DNA of 13,908 nt from assembly GCA_040260805.1 (NCBI GenBank), contig JBDQPD010000094.1, positions 1 to 13,908 on the forward strand, written 5' to 3'. The position numbers and the translations under genes are program-made. Positions 1 through 8,407 of the stretch are shown one piece after another. The stretch is from Myxococcota bacterium (GTDB lineage: Bacteria; Myxococcota; UBA4151). Below the pieces are notes generated by a model. It had not been told where the DNA came from. It did not search any database and worked only from the letters and a program-made list of their open reading frames with translations. The first letter of the stretch is position 1; each line of letters opens with the position of its first letter.

Positions 1-2
1 AC

Positions 3-482
3 CTGTGCGTCCCTTCTCGCGCTTGGGACATGGTCGAATCAGGCGTCGATCGAGACTGGGGTTTTTGGCGCTGGGGCGGGCGCGCTCAGAGCGTCGCAAA
101 AGCGCTCGATGATGTCGCTGCGAGCGAGCTGGCAGCCGAGCCTTATGGGCACCTAAGCGAGGGTCAAAAACAGCGCATTTTAATGGCGCGTGCGCTGGCG
201 AGCGGACCTGACGTCATCTTGCTGGACGAACCGACGAGCGCTATGGACCCCCTTGCTGAGCAAAACATCTTTCGTGTGATCGATGAGCTGAGACGAGAGC
301 GGTCGCTCTCGGTGATCATTGCTAGCCACTCGCTGACGGTTTTGCCTGCGATCGCGACGCATGTTGTGTTCTTGGACCGAGAACAACAAACGGTTCTGGC
401 CGGCGAGCGCTCAGAGGTGCTCCGGGAGCCTCGCTTTCGCGCAGTGTATGGCAACGTCTTGAATCAGGACCCGTCTTCATGA
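3..482 (+). CDS. Metal (Zn/Mn-type) ABC transporter ATP-binding subunit, 5'-truncated by the window edge
   Basis: Frame is open from base 3. Signature variant LSEGQKQR, Walker B/D-loop ILLDEPTSAMD and H-loop IASH are present; Walker A is outside the window. Stop overlaps the next start (ATGA). Confidence 0.88.
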   Translation: MCVPSRAWDMVESGVDRDWGFWRWGGRAQSVAKALDDVAASELAAEPYGHLSEGQKQRILMARALASGPDVILLDEPTSAMDPLAEQNIFRVIDELRRERSLSVIIASHSLTVLPAIATHVVFLDREQQTVLAGERSEVLREPRFRAVYGNVLNQDPSS

Positions 483-1321
483 CCGAAGCCGCGCCGACAC
501 TCGCCGAGTTTTTCGCCGCTTGGGACCTCTTTAGAGAGCCCTCGCTGACCGGTGCCCTGGCCGGCACGATGCTGGGCATGATGGGCATCTATGTGGTGCT
601 CCGACGCATGGTCTTCTTGGCTGCTACCGTCTCACAGGCGGCTTCGTTTGGAGTCGCTGGAGCCTATTTCGTGGGCTTAGGTTCGATGGGTACCCTAGCC
701 CCGACACTCGGCGCCCTTTTGATGACCTTTGTTACCCTCTATGTGATCGCCGCGGATACGAGCCACGAGCAGCACCGTCGTGATGCGTTGCTCGGCTTTG
801 TCTTCCTCGCTTGTTCTGCCGGAACCTTATTGGTTGGCACACGAATCGCCGAAGAAATCCAAGATATTCAGACTATACTCTTTGGCACTGCGGTCGCCGT
901 CCTACCCAGCGACTTCCGGCTGATGCTCATCCTAACGATAGGGATCCTGGCGCTTCATATTTGGGGCTGGCGAGGGTTCAGCGCCGTCTCATTTGATCGC
1001 GCGGGAGCGCAAGTCCGCGGGCTCCCTGTACGTGGCCTAGAGTTGGGTTTGTTCATGGGTCTAGGCTTGGGATTGGCGATCTCGACGCGCGTGCTCGGAG
1101 CGATGCCGACCTTTGCTTTTACCGTGCTGCCCTCGCTGGCTGCGGTGAACATTGCGCCAAACATTCGCGCCTGCCTGATCCTCGCTGCGGTCTTTGGCGG
1201 GCTGAGCGGTTTCGGAGGCTACGTGCTCGCCTTCTTGTTTGAGTTTCCGGTGGGCGCCACACAAACCGTCCTTGCCGCGACATTGACCGCTGCGACCTGG
1301 GTTTTCAGGCATAAACACTGA
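479..1321 (+). CDS. Metal ABC transporter permease (ZnuB/MntB, ABC-3 family)
   Basis: Hydrophobic 280 aa protein with ABC-3-like segments GIYVVLRRMVF, ILFG, SFDRAGAQVRG and C-terminal FPVGAT. Translationally coupled to the ATPase. Confidence 0.88.
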   Translation: MTEAAPTLAEFFAAWDLFREPSLTGALAGTMLGMMGIYVVLRRMVFLAATVSQAASFGVAGAYFVGLGSMGTLAPTLGALLMTFVTLYVIAADTSHEQHRRDALLGFVFLACSAGTLLVGTRIAEEIQDIQTILFGTAVAVLPSDFRLMLILTIGILALHIWGWRGFSAVSFDRAGAQVRGLPVRGLELGLFMGLGLGLAISTRVLGAMPTFAFTVLPSLAAVNIAPNIRACLILAAVFGGLSGFGGYVLAFLFEFPVGATQTVLAATLTAATWVFRHKH

Positions 1322-1382
1322 GCACTTCTGCCCGCACTCAAAACCGCACGGTACCGGTCGATTTCGGGTGCTCAAAGTGGAG

Positions 1383-1412
1383 TTGCCCGAGCTCATGACT
1401 ATTTCGTATGCT
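1383..1412 (+). promoter_or_regulatory. Candidate sigma70-type promoter for the cyclase gene
   Basis: TTGCCC-N18-TATGCT, ending 32 nt before the ATG at 1445. Confidence 0.3.
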
Positions 1413-1444
1413 CCAACGCCCTCCACCCCTCCAGCGGGACGAGT

Positions 1445-2671
1445 ATGAACGGTCTCAAAAACTCGGTCGATTGGTTCGTGGATTCGGGGGTTGGCGCGGA
1501 GACACCAAAATCCGACGCCCGTTACATCCGCTTCCTCAATGCGACCTTGCTGCTCTTTGGCTTGGGTCAGTTCCCCATCCTGTCTTTGTTGTTCATCCTC
1601 GGGCTCCAATTTCAGATCATCGTGAATCTTATCGCTCTGAGCTTATGCGCCGTCGGCTACGCTCTCAATCGGAGCGGCTATCACCTCAGCGCAAAAGTGC
1701 TGGTGATCGGCGTGGTCACCGCCAACACCGCCTACTTTGCCCTTATTATGGGCTCGAACGCGCCTGCCCATCTCTGGCTAGTCCCTGCGGCGGTCTTGGG
1801 TGTGCTTGCGTTCAAGCCTTCCGAGTGGACTTATGCGCTGTCGCTGATCAGCTTTGCGATGATCAGCTTTGTGCTCTTTGAATTCGCCCATCACCGCCTT
1901 GAGCCGGTAGTGAACCCCTTTAGTGACCCTTTGGATGCGCTTCGCTCGGCTCAAGGTTCGACGGTCTTTGCCATGGGGCTCACGCTGGTCTTGATCGGGA
2001 TGATGCATCGACGCTTCGCCGGCTCGGAGGCAGCTTTGTCCAAAGAGAAGGCTCAGTCCGATCGGCTTTTGCGCGCCATCCTACCCGATGAAATCGCCGA
2101 TGAACTTCGCACCACCGGCGCCACCCAAGCGCTGCGTCATGAAGACGTGTCCCTACTCTTCGCAGACATCGTCGGCTTTACCCCGCTCGCTGCCTCGATG
2201 CCCGCTGAAGATGTGGTAGCCCTGCTCGCAACGATTTTCGAGCGATTCGACCAGCTCATCGCCGAATGCGGCGTCGAAAAGATAAAGACCATTGGGGACG
2301 CTTATATGGTCGCCGGCGGAGTGCCCCAACCCACTGCCGACCATGCCGCAAGACTGGCTCGCTGCGCACTGGGGATGCTCGAGATCATGGATCAGTTCAG
2401 CACCGAATCCGGTCACAACTTGCAGATTCGTATCGGCTTGCACCGAGGACCGGTGGTTGCCGGCGTGATCGGAACGACCAAGTTCGCCTATGACCTGTGG
2501 GGTGAGACCGTCAATCTAGCCTCACGGCTCGAATCCACCGGTGAGGCGGGCCGAGTTCATGTCTCTGCTGACTTTCGAAGCGCTTCAGAGGCGACGATGA
2601 AGTTTGAGCCGCGCGGCGAGGTAGCGATCAAAGGGATGGGATCGCTGTCGACCCATTGGCTAGTCGGGTGA
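1445..2671 (+). CDS. Membrane-anchored class III adenylate/guanylate cyclase, probably adenylate-specific
   Basis: About six N-terminal hydrophobic helices, a linker (SDRLLRAILP), then catalytic motifs LFADIVGFT, EKIKTIGDAYM and KFAYDLWGETVNLASRLES. The Lys/Asp specificity pair fits ATP use. Confidence 0.93.
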   Translation: MNGLKNSVDWFVDSGVGAETPKSDARYIRFLNATLLLFGLGQFPILSLLFILGLQFQIIVNLIALSLCAVGYALNRSGYHLSAKVLVIGVVTANTAYFALIMGSNAPAHLWLVPAAVLGVLAFKPSEWTYALSLISFAMISFVLFEFAHHRLEPVVNPFSDPLDALRSAQGSTVFAMGLTLVLIGMMHRRFAGSEAALSKEKAQSDRLLRAILPDEIADELRTTGATQALRHEDVSLLFADIVGFTPLAASMPAEDVVALLATIFERFDQLIAECGVEKIKTIGDAYMVAGGVPQPTADHAARLARCALGMLEIMDQFSTESGHNLQIRIGLHRGPVVAGVIGTTKFAYDLWGETVNLASRLESTGEAGRVHVSADFRSASEATMKFEPRGEVAIKGMGSLSTHWLVG

Positions 2672-2702
2672 TCATTAACATGCAGTGGCTCGAGGATTGC
2701 TG

Positions 2703-3335
2703 ATGAGCTCATCGGATCAACAGACTAATGACATCGCGCAGGCGCTCGAAACTCTTGCAGCACGCAACGCAAGACTCGCCGACCTGATCAAACGCTATGG
2801 TCCGTTCACACCGCGCCGTTCGGCAGAACCGGATGTGTTTGGCGCCTTGGCTCGGTCGATTATTTTCCAACAACTCGCAGGCCAAGCCGCCTCAAGCATT
2901 CACAAGCGATTTTTAGCGCTGTTTGATGGTGAAATCAGTCCGGCAAACCTGCTCGCTATCGATCGCGAACGCCTCCGTTCAGCGGGGCTATCAAACGCTA
3001 AATGCAACGCCGTGATCGACCTCGCTGAGCATACCCAGCGGGGCGAACTCGAGCTCAGCGCGCTGGACGCGCGCTCAGACCAAGCCCTCATCGACGTCTT
3101 GTGCCGCGTGCGTGGCATCGGGCCGTGGACTGCGCAGATGTTTATGCTCTTTGAGCTCGGAAGGCTCGATGTCTGGCCGACCGGCGACCTGGCGGTGCGC
3201 AAAGGCTTTGGAATTGCATTTGGGCTGCCCGCAGCGCCCAAAGCCAAGGACCTCGAACCTAAAGGCGACCCCTACCGGCCTTATCGATCGATCCTCGCTT
3301 GGTATTGCTGGCGTGTTCTCGACACCTCGCTCTAA
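2703..3335 (+). CDS. DNA-3-methyladenine glycosylase II (AlkA-like, HhH-GPD family)
   Basis: SIIFQQL, GLSNAK, HhH motif VRGIGPWTAQM, WPTGDLAVR and PYRS...WYCW. Start placed at ATG 2703 after GAGGA at 2692-2696; the ORF track starts at GTG 2685. Confidence 0.92.
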   Translation: MSSSDQQTNDIAQALETLAARNARLADLIKRYGPFTPRRSAEPDVFGALARSIIFQQLAGQAASSIHKRFLALFDGEISPANLLAIDRERLRSAGLSNAKCNAVIDLAEHTQRGELELSALDARSDQALIDVLCRVRGIGPWTAQMFMLFELGRLDVWPTGDLAVRKGFGIAFGLPAAPKAKDLEPKGDPYRPYRSILAWYCWRVLDTSL

Positions 3336-3362
3336 CCTCTAAGATCCGTTCGTTGGCGCTGT

Positions 3363-3836
3363 TCAACCGACCGCAGGTTGCTCCAACAGATGGGCTCCTT
3401 CGAACTCTCGGATCGCTGCGCGAAAGCTCTCGGGTACTCGAACAGGCTGTTGGTCGGTGTTCATCCAAACCAAAGACAACGAGCCCTCGGCGACCGCTGC
3501 GCGCGATCGCTTGTTCACGATTTTGAGATGAAAAGTGTAACTCGTCGAACCAATCGCTGCCAGACGCACGAAGACGGCGAGTACGTCGTTGTAGCGAGCC
3601 GGACTCGTGAACCGAACCTCATGCCCAACGACAACGCCTGGGATGAGGTCCCGAACAGCGCCGCCGTGTTGATTCAGCCCGAGATGAGCGAGGTAATCCA
3701 TTCGTCCGATATCGAAGTAGTGCGCGTAGGTTCCAAAGAAGACGATCCCCACGGCGTCGGTTTCGCTCAGCCGGACGCGCACATCCGTTGAAAACCCGTA
3801 AGCGCTCAGTTCATCCAAAAATTCATCGGTCGCCAT
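3363..3836 (-). CDS. Acyl-CoA thioesterase, YbgC/FadM (4HBT hotdog) family
   Basis: VRLSETDAVGIVFFGTYAHYFDIGR motif, FTSPARYND and C-terminal VPESFR. GAGGAG ribosome site 6 nt upstream of ATG 3836. Confidence 0.9.
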   Translation of the reverse strand: MATDEFLDELSAYGFSTDVRVRLSETDAVGIVFFGTYAHYFDIGRMDYLAHLGLNQHGGAVRDLIPGVVVGHEVRFTSPARYNDVLAVFVRLAAIGSTSYTFHLKIVNKRSRAAVAEGSLSLVWMNTDQQPVRVPESFRAAIREFEGAHLLEQPAVG

Positions 3837-3872
3837 AGGCAACTCCTCAGCAAAGCAGCAACCAAGGCGTCG

Positions 3873-4454
3873 CTAGTTGTCCGGGATGCAGTAAGCACCC
3901 GGAGCGCATTCCCGTGCACCAGGGACGGGTGGATCTAGACCCTCAATCTCTTGGCACCGAAACCCGTTTTCAGGGCTGCACATGCAATGATTGCCAAAAA
4001 CACAGACTGCGGAAAGATCCCCATATCGAGTGCAGTCGATCGGGATAAGTCCCTGATTGGCAGGGTCGCCGCAGCTGCTCGATGCGTTTCCGACCCGACC
4101 AGAATCGATGGCTTCGCGTTTGACGACGCAGACAACCCCCGGAGCGCATTCCGCGCCATTTTCGTCCGAAGCGCCTTCGCATTTGTAGTTGTCGTCGAGG
4201 CTGCACGCACAATGACTTGAGTCCATGCAGGTCGCGTCACCATCCCCAAACTCGGTGCAGTCGACCGGGCTCGCCGAACCGCAGGAACTTGGGCTGCTTC
4301 CCGGCGCCGCAATCGCCCCAGCATCAACAGATGCAGCATCCGATGTTTCGCTCGTGCCGGCATCAAGACCGGGTTCATCAAAGCCTACATTACGCCCAGA
4401 GCAGGCGACCAGCAGCAGCGAGATCAAAAAGACCAATGCAGTGCGCATCATCAT
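3873..4454 (-). CDS. Hypothetical cysteine-rich lipoprotein with two tandem 8-Cys modules
   Basis: Signal peptide MMMRTALVFLISLLLVA-C (lipobox LVAC), an Asp-Ala-rich linker, then two homologous Cys modules. Exact start is uncertain (4454, 4451 or 4448). Confidence 0.75.
   Translation of the reverse strand: MMMRTALVFLISLLLVACSGRNVGFDEPGLDAGTSETSDAASVDAGAIAAPGSSPSSCGSASPVDCTEFGDGDATCMDSSHCACSLDDNYKCEGASDENGAECAPGVVCVVKREAIDSGRVGNASSSCGDPANQGLIPIDCTRYGDLSAVCVFGNHCMCSPENGFRCQEIEGLDPPVPGARECAPGAYCIPDN
3885..4301 (-). repeat. Intragenic tandem duplication of an 8-Cys module (about 4301-4125 and 4091-3885)
   Basis: Both copies follow SSCG..P.DCT.(F/Y)GD..A.C....HC.CS....(Y/F).C...ECAPG..C. Identical 15-mer cccggagcgcattcc at 3898-3912 and 4138-4152. 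Confidence 0.85.
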
Positions 4455-4617
4455 GGAGACCCTTTTTTCGTCAACGATTGACCTGAGTCTTGTCGCGTAG
4501 ATCGAGACCTTTTGCATGGACTCGCTGTCCAAGGAGCTAAAGCCATCTGATCGACGAGATTAGCAAGATCAGAGCGATCCGTTTATACAAGCGCTCGAGA
4601 GAACTTTGGAGTGCTCT

Positions 4618-5595
4618 ATGTTTCACGCATTAGGGGATCAAACCCGATGGTTAGCTATCCTACTCATCGGCCCGATCATACTCGGGGGCTGCAGCGCCGC
4701 TCCTGGAGTCTCGGGCGCGGCCGATGCGAGCGCTACCCCACCAACCGATGTCGGGGTTCAGCCCGCTGCTGATGCCGGAAGTCAAACCGTTGATGGAGGG
4801 GTACAAAGCGCGGTGGATTCGGGTCCGCTTGAGGATGCGGGCACAAACCCCGGCCCCACCCAGGCCGGTTTCAACTCGCTGTTTATTGGGCACAGCTTCT
4901 TCATCCCGGTCGCCCGTGGTCTGTTCGCGCACGCCGAGCGAGCTGGTATCGAAGGGCATCAACAGCAGATCGTCTTTTCTGGCGGGGCTAGCGGCGCTCC
5001 GGAGGCGCTTTGGAACAATACGAACAAGAGCGCGCAGATCAAAGCCATCCTCGATCAAGGCGATATTGAATTGTTCGGCCTGACCTATCACCCAAACCAT
5101 CCCGGACTCAGCGGCTACACTAACTGGATCGACTATGCGCTGGAGCGAAACCCCGACCTCACCGTGTTTATTGGTTTACCCTGGCAGCCTGAGCCTGCGC
5201 GCTACGACAGCCAGACCTACACCGCGGCGTGGGAGGATGGACACCCGAGCATTGCGCATGGGCACATCGACGCGTTGCGCGAGCGCTACCCCGACCTGAC
5301 GATCTTCTGCATCCCCTACGGAGAGGGAGCCGCCATCTTGCATCAGCTGCAATCCGACGGCGAACTACCTGACGTCGACAGCTTACAAAGCGGCGGCGGT
5401 AATCAGGGCGTGTTTAGAGACCGCTTGGGTCACGGCGAGCCGATCCTAATTGATCTGAGTCAGCTGATCTGGCTGCGCGCTCTTTATGGAGTGGACCTGA
5501 TCGCATACAATCACGACCCCGGCTATTCGGTTGACCTCAAGGCGATCGCAACGGAAATCGTCACAGGCCATCAGCAAGCCTACAGCCTCCCATGA
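4618..5595 (+). CDS. Lipoprotein with low-complexity linker and a C-terminal SGNH-hydrolase-like domain
   Basis: GGAG before ATG 4618, lipobox LGGC, D-A/G-G-rich spacer, then SLFIGHSFF (block I-like) and FRDRLGHG (Asp...His, block V-like). Confidence 0.65.
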   Translation: MFHALGDQTRWLAILLIGPIILGGCSAAPGVSGAADASATPPTDVGVQPAADAGSQTVDGGVQSAVDSGPLEDAGTNPGPTQAGFNSLFIGHSFFIPVARGLFAHAERAGIEGHQQQIVFSGGASGAPEALWNNTNKSAQIKAILDQGDIELFGLTYHPNHPGLSGYTNWIDYALERNPDLTVFIGLPWQPEPARYDSQTYTAAWEDGHPSIAHGHIDALRERYPDLTIFCIPYGEGAAILHQLQSDGELPDVDSLQSGGGNQGVFRDRLGHGEPILIDLSQLIWLRALYGVDLIAYNHDPGYSVDLKAIATEIVTGHQQAYSLP

Positions 5596-5599
5596 ACCC

Positions 5600-6415
5600 A
5601 TGAGCCACGACGAAGACCTAAACCGACTGTTAGAGCAGATTCGTCTCGGTGACGATGAAGCGCTTGAGGCATTACTCGCTCGGGTGCAGCCAAAACTCTA
5701 TCGGTTCAGCATGAAGATGTGTCGGCACAGCGCCGACGCAGAGGATGTGCTCCAAGAATCGATGCTCGCTATTGCTCGGTCGGTGCGCTCTTTTCGTGGT
5801 GACTCTTCGGTATCGACCTGGCTGTTCAAAGTCACCCGCAGTTTCTGCATCAAGAAGCGCCGTCACAAGAAGCTTGAACCCGAGCGTTCAGAGTCACTCG
5901 ATGACTTGAGAAGGCGCGCTCCAGCTGAGTTGACGTCCAGCGACCCTGATCCCCTTGAGCAGGCAGAGACCGGCGAGCTCTGGCGGCAGGTTCATGAGGC
6001 AGTCCAACGCCTTGACCCGGCTCACAAGGAGATCGTGTTGCTGCGAGATATCGAAGGGCTACGTGCGAAAGAGGTGGCGGAGATAATTGGAATCAGTGTC
6101 GGAGCGGTGAAGAGTCGACTTCATCGAGCGCGTCGAGAGTTACGTGATCTCGTGCTCAGCGCTCCGCACGAGCCCCAATCGGGCTGTCCAGACATTCGCC
6201 AGATGTACTCCATGCATCTTGAGGGTGATCTCTCGGCCGACCTCTGCTCGAGCATGGAAGCTCACGTCCAAGGTTGCGCCCGTTGCGCGCAGGAGTGTGA
6301 GGGGCTGAAAGAGACATTAGAGGCCTGCAGCGCCGCTCCAGATCGTGTGCCGACGGCAGTGCAGCAACGCGTGAAGCGTGCGCTGGGTCGCCTGCTCCGT
6401 TCATCGCAGCGGTAG
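5600..6415 (+). CDS. ECF sigma-70 factor fused to a C-terminal zf-HC2/ZAS-like anti-sigma domain (271 aa)
   Basis: Region 2 DAEDVLQE...FRGDSSVSTWLFKV and region 4 LLRDIEGL.AKEVAEIIGISVGAVKSRLHRAR, followed in frame by C196-x25-H222-x3-C226-x2-C229. Confidence 0.92.
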   Translation: MSHDEDLNRLLEQIRLGDDEALEALLARVQPKLYRFSMKMCRHSADAEDVLQESMLAIARSVRSFRGDSSVSTWLFKVTRSFCIKKRRHKKLEPERSESLDDLRRRAPAELTSSDPDPLEQAETGELWRQVHEAVQRLDPAHKEIVLLRDIEGLRAKEVAEIIGISVGAVKSRLHRARRELRDLVLSAPHEPQSGCPDIRQMYSMHLEGDLSADLCSSMEAHVQGCARCAQECEGLKETLEACSAAPDRVPTAVQQRVKRALGRLLRSSQR

Positions 6416-6430
6416 CCGCGTTAGACGGCT

Positions 6431-6458
6431 TGAACCCTTTTTCATGTGTTTGGCTCTA
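6431..6458 (+). promoter_or_regulatory. Candidate ECF-sigma promoter for the sulfur cluster
   Basis: TGAACC-N16-GCTCTA with a T-tract next to the -35 element, resembling the GAAC...TCTA/GTC architecture of ECF promoters. Lies in the 99-nt gap between the sigma gene and the dioxygenase. Confidence 0.55.
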
Positions 6459-6514
6459 CCGATATGAGCCGATCGTCTGACATGCGGCGACGATCCGCCA
6501 TGAAAGGTCATGTT

Positions 6515-7546
6515 ATGCTGTTTAAGCAACTGTTCGATCGAAACACATCGACGTACACTTATCTACTCGCCGACCCCGAGCGCGCAGAAGCGGTCATTAT
6601 CGATCCCGTCCTCGAACACGTCGACCGCGACCTCAAGTTGATCGCAGAGCTCAACCTCGAGTTACGTTATGTGCTCGAGACTCATGTTCACGCTGACCAT
6701 GTCACCGGCTCGGCGCAGCTCTGTGCTCAAACCGGCGCTACCAGCGGAGCCAGCGCCGCAGCGAATGTTCAGTCGGCTAAGCTCCAGCTCACTCATGGTG
6801 AGCGTCTTAGCTTCGGCCGCTACGTGCTCGAGGTCCGCAGAACGCCCGGGCATACCGACGGCTGCCTCACTTTTGTTACTGATGCGGACGGTCAAACCCT
6901 GGCCTTTACCGGCGACGCGCTCCTTATTCGGGGCTGTGGGCGCACCGATTTCCAGCAAGGCGACCCTGCGACGCTCTATCAATCAGTCCATGACCAAATC
7001 TATACGCTACCGAGCGAGACCCTCATCTATCCCGGTCACGACTATAATGGTCACTCATCGACGACGATCGCCGAAGAACAAAGAAGCAATCCAAGACTCA
7101 ATTCAGGGGTCACTCGAGCTCAATTTGTTGAGATCATGAACAACCTGAACCTGCCCTACCCTAAACGTATCGATGAGGCGCTACCGGCGAACCTCATGGG
7201 CGGTATCACGCGCTCAAAGCCACAGAGCGACGTGTCCGATGTCATCGACGAGGTGAGCGCTGGCCTCACGGAGATCGGTTCTGAGTTCAAAATCGTCGAT
7301 GTACGCACCTCTGAGGAATTCGCCGGAGAGCTAGCGTCGATACCTGGCGCTATATCGGTGCCATGGAATGAGCTCGAGCGACACGTCGAGTCCTGGTCGC
7401 GCGACCTGCCCCTTCTCCTCGTATGTGAGTTCGGACAGCGTTCAAGCCAGGGCTGCTCTCGGCTTTCAACAATGGGGTTTACCCACATAAAAACTCTAAA
7501 TAGCGGGCTGGTCGCTTGGCGTGCTGGGCGGGAGGTGAATCGATGA
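6515..7546 (+). CDS. Persulfide dioxygenase (ETHE1-like MBL fold) fused to a C-terminal rhodanese domain
   Basis: N-terminus [61 protein letters not shown] and [13 protein letters not shown]. Rhodanese part has IVDVRT.EEF, IPGA and active loop CEFGQR. AAAGG precedes ATG 6515. Confidence 0.93.
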   Translation: MLFKQLFDRNTSTYTYLLADPERAEAVIIDPVLEHVDRDLKLIAELNLELRYVLETHVHADHVTGSAQLCAQTGATSGASAAANVQSAKLQLTHGERLSFGRYVLEVRRTPGHTDGCLTFVTDADGQTLAFTGDALLIRGCGRTDFQQGDPATLYQSVHDQIYTLPSETLIYPGHDYNGHSSTTIAEEQRSNPRLNSGVTRAQFVEIMNNLNLPYPKRIDEALPANLMGGITRSKPQSDVSDVIDEVSAGLTEIGSEFKIVDVRTSEEFAGELASIPGAISVPWNELERHVESWSRDLPLLLVCEFGQRSSQGCSRLSTMGFTHIKTLNSGLVAWRAGREVNR

Positions 7547-7962
7547 TCTCCGCTATCATGGCTGCGACCGCAGGGGGCGCTTTAATTGGCTTAGCAGCGA
7601 CTTGGTTGTTGCTCAGCAACGGCAAGATAGCTGGGGTCAGCGGGATCTACGGCGGCTTGCTCGCCGGCTGGAACCAGGACACTCAGTGGAAGGTCGCTTT
7701 CGTGATCGGACTCGTGGTCGGCGGTGCGCTGTTGGTCAACATATTGCCCGGAGCCATCGCCGCTCCAGACGGCCGGTCGCTCCTTCTCGTGGCAGCCGCC
7801 GGTGTATTCGTGGGGTTCGGAACTCGGCTCGGCAACGGATGCACCAGCGGTCATGGAATCTGCGGGTTGTCTCGATACTCGTTACGCTCACTAGTCGCTA
7901 CGCTGACCTTTATGCTGACCGGCTTTGCCACGGCGACGCTGCTCGGCGTTTTAGGAGGCTGA
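7543..7962 (+). CDS. YeeE/YedE-family sulfur transport membrane protein, first of pair
   Basis: GGALIGLA...[10 protein letters not shown] and [24 protein letters not shown] motifs. ATGA overlap with the upstream stop; GGAGG ribosome site. Confidence 0.92.
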   Translation: MISAIMAATAGGALIGLAATWLLLSNGKIAGVSGIYGGLLAGWNQDTQWKVAFVIGLVVGGALLVNILPGAIAAPDGRSLLLVAAAGVFVGFGTRLGNGCTSGHGICGLSRYSLRSLVATLTFMLTGFATATLLGVLGG

Positions 7963-7964
7963 TC

Positions 7965-8402
7965 ATGCGACGAATGGGTTCAAGTTTTGCCGCAGGCATC
8001 CTCTTTGCGATCGGGCTAGGTGTTTCGGGCATGACCGACGCGAACAAAGTCATCAGCTTTCTTAATCTCGCTGGAGACTGGGATCCAAGTTTAGCCTTTG
8101 TGATGGTCGGCGGGATCGGTGTCCATATGATGTTTTATCGGCTCGTCATGCGTCGGCCGAGCCCACTCTTCGAGGCGTCATTTAGCGTTCCGGCTCAGGG
8201 TGAAATCAGCCCGCAGCTGGTCAGCGGTGCTGCTCTGTTCGGGATCGGTTGGGGCATGGGCGGATTTTGCCCCGGACCGGGCCTCGTCTCAAGCGTCAGT
8301 CTCAGCTCACCCGCAGTCGTCTTCGTTGTGTTCATGAGCCTGGGCATGATGCTTCATCAGGTTGTTGCTCGAAAACCTGCCAGCACGACTCGCTCGGCTT
8401 AA
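7965..8402 (+). CDS. YeeE/YedE-family sulfur transport membrane protein, second of pair
   Basis: GL.VSGMTD..KV..FL...GDWDPSLAFVM and FGIGWG.GGFCPGP motifs. AGGAGG upstream; starts 2 nt after the previous stop. Confidence 0.92.
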   Translation: MRRMGSSFAAGILFAIGLGVSGMTDANKVISFLNLAGDWDPSLAFVMVGGIGVHMMFYRLVMRRPSPLFEASFSVPAQGEISPQLVSGAALFGIGWGMGGFCPGPGLVSSVSLSSPAVVFVVFMSLGMMLHQVVARKPASTTRSA

Positions 8403-8407
8403 CCCCG

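Noticed and set aside
1445..3335. Cyclase plus glycosylase as a cyclic-nucleotide anti-phage (Pycsar/CBASS-like) system
   Set aside because: The cyclase is an ordinary membrane-anchored class III enzyme with ATP-type residues, and no cyclic-nucleotide-binding effector is adjacent.
4470..4482. GTCAA-CGA-TTGAC inverted repeat as an FNR-type site
   Set aside because: Arm orientation and spacing do not match TTGAT-N4-ATCAA, and 5-bp arms are expected by chance.
6414..6442. AGCCG-N7-CGGCT hairpin followed by a T run, as a terminator after the sigma gene
   Set aside because: The stem is only 5 bp and the T run is 7 nt away; the T run fits the ECF promoter spacer better.
7602..7964. Long N-terminal extension of the second YeeE/YedE ORF (likewise 8249-8407, 5531-5599, 6446-6514, 9796-9978 and 10073-10306 for neighbouring ORFs)
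   Set aside because: Most of these extensions overlap neighbouring real genes or promoter regions, and family similarity begins at the downstream ATGs, most of which have ribosome sites.
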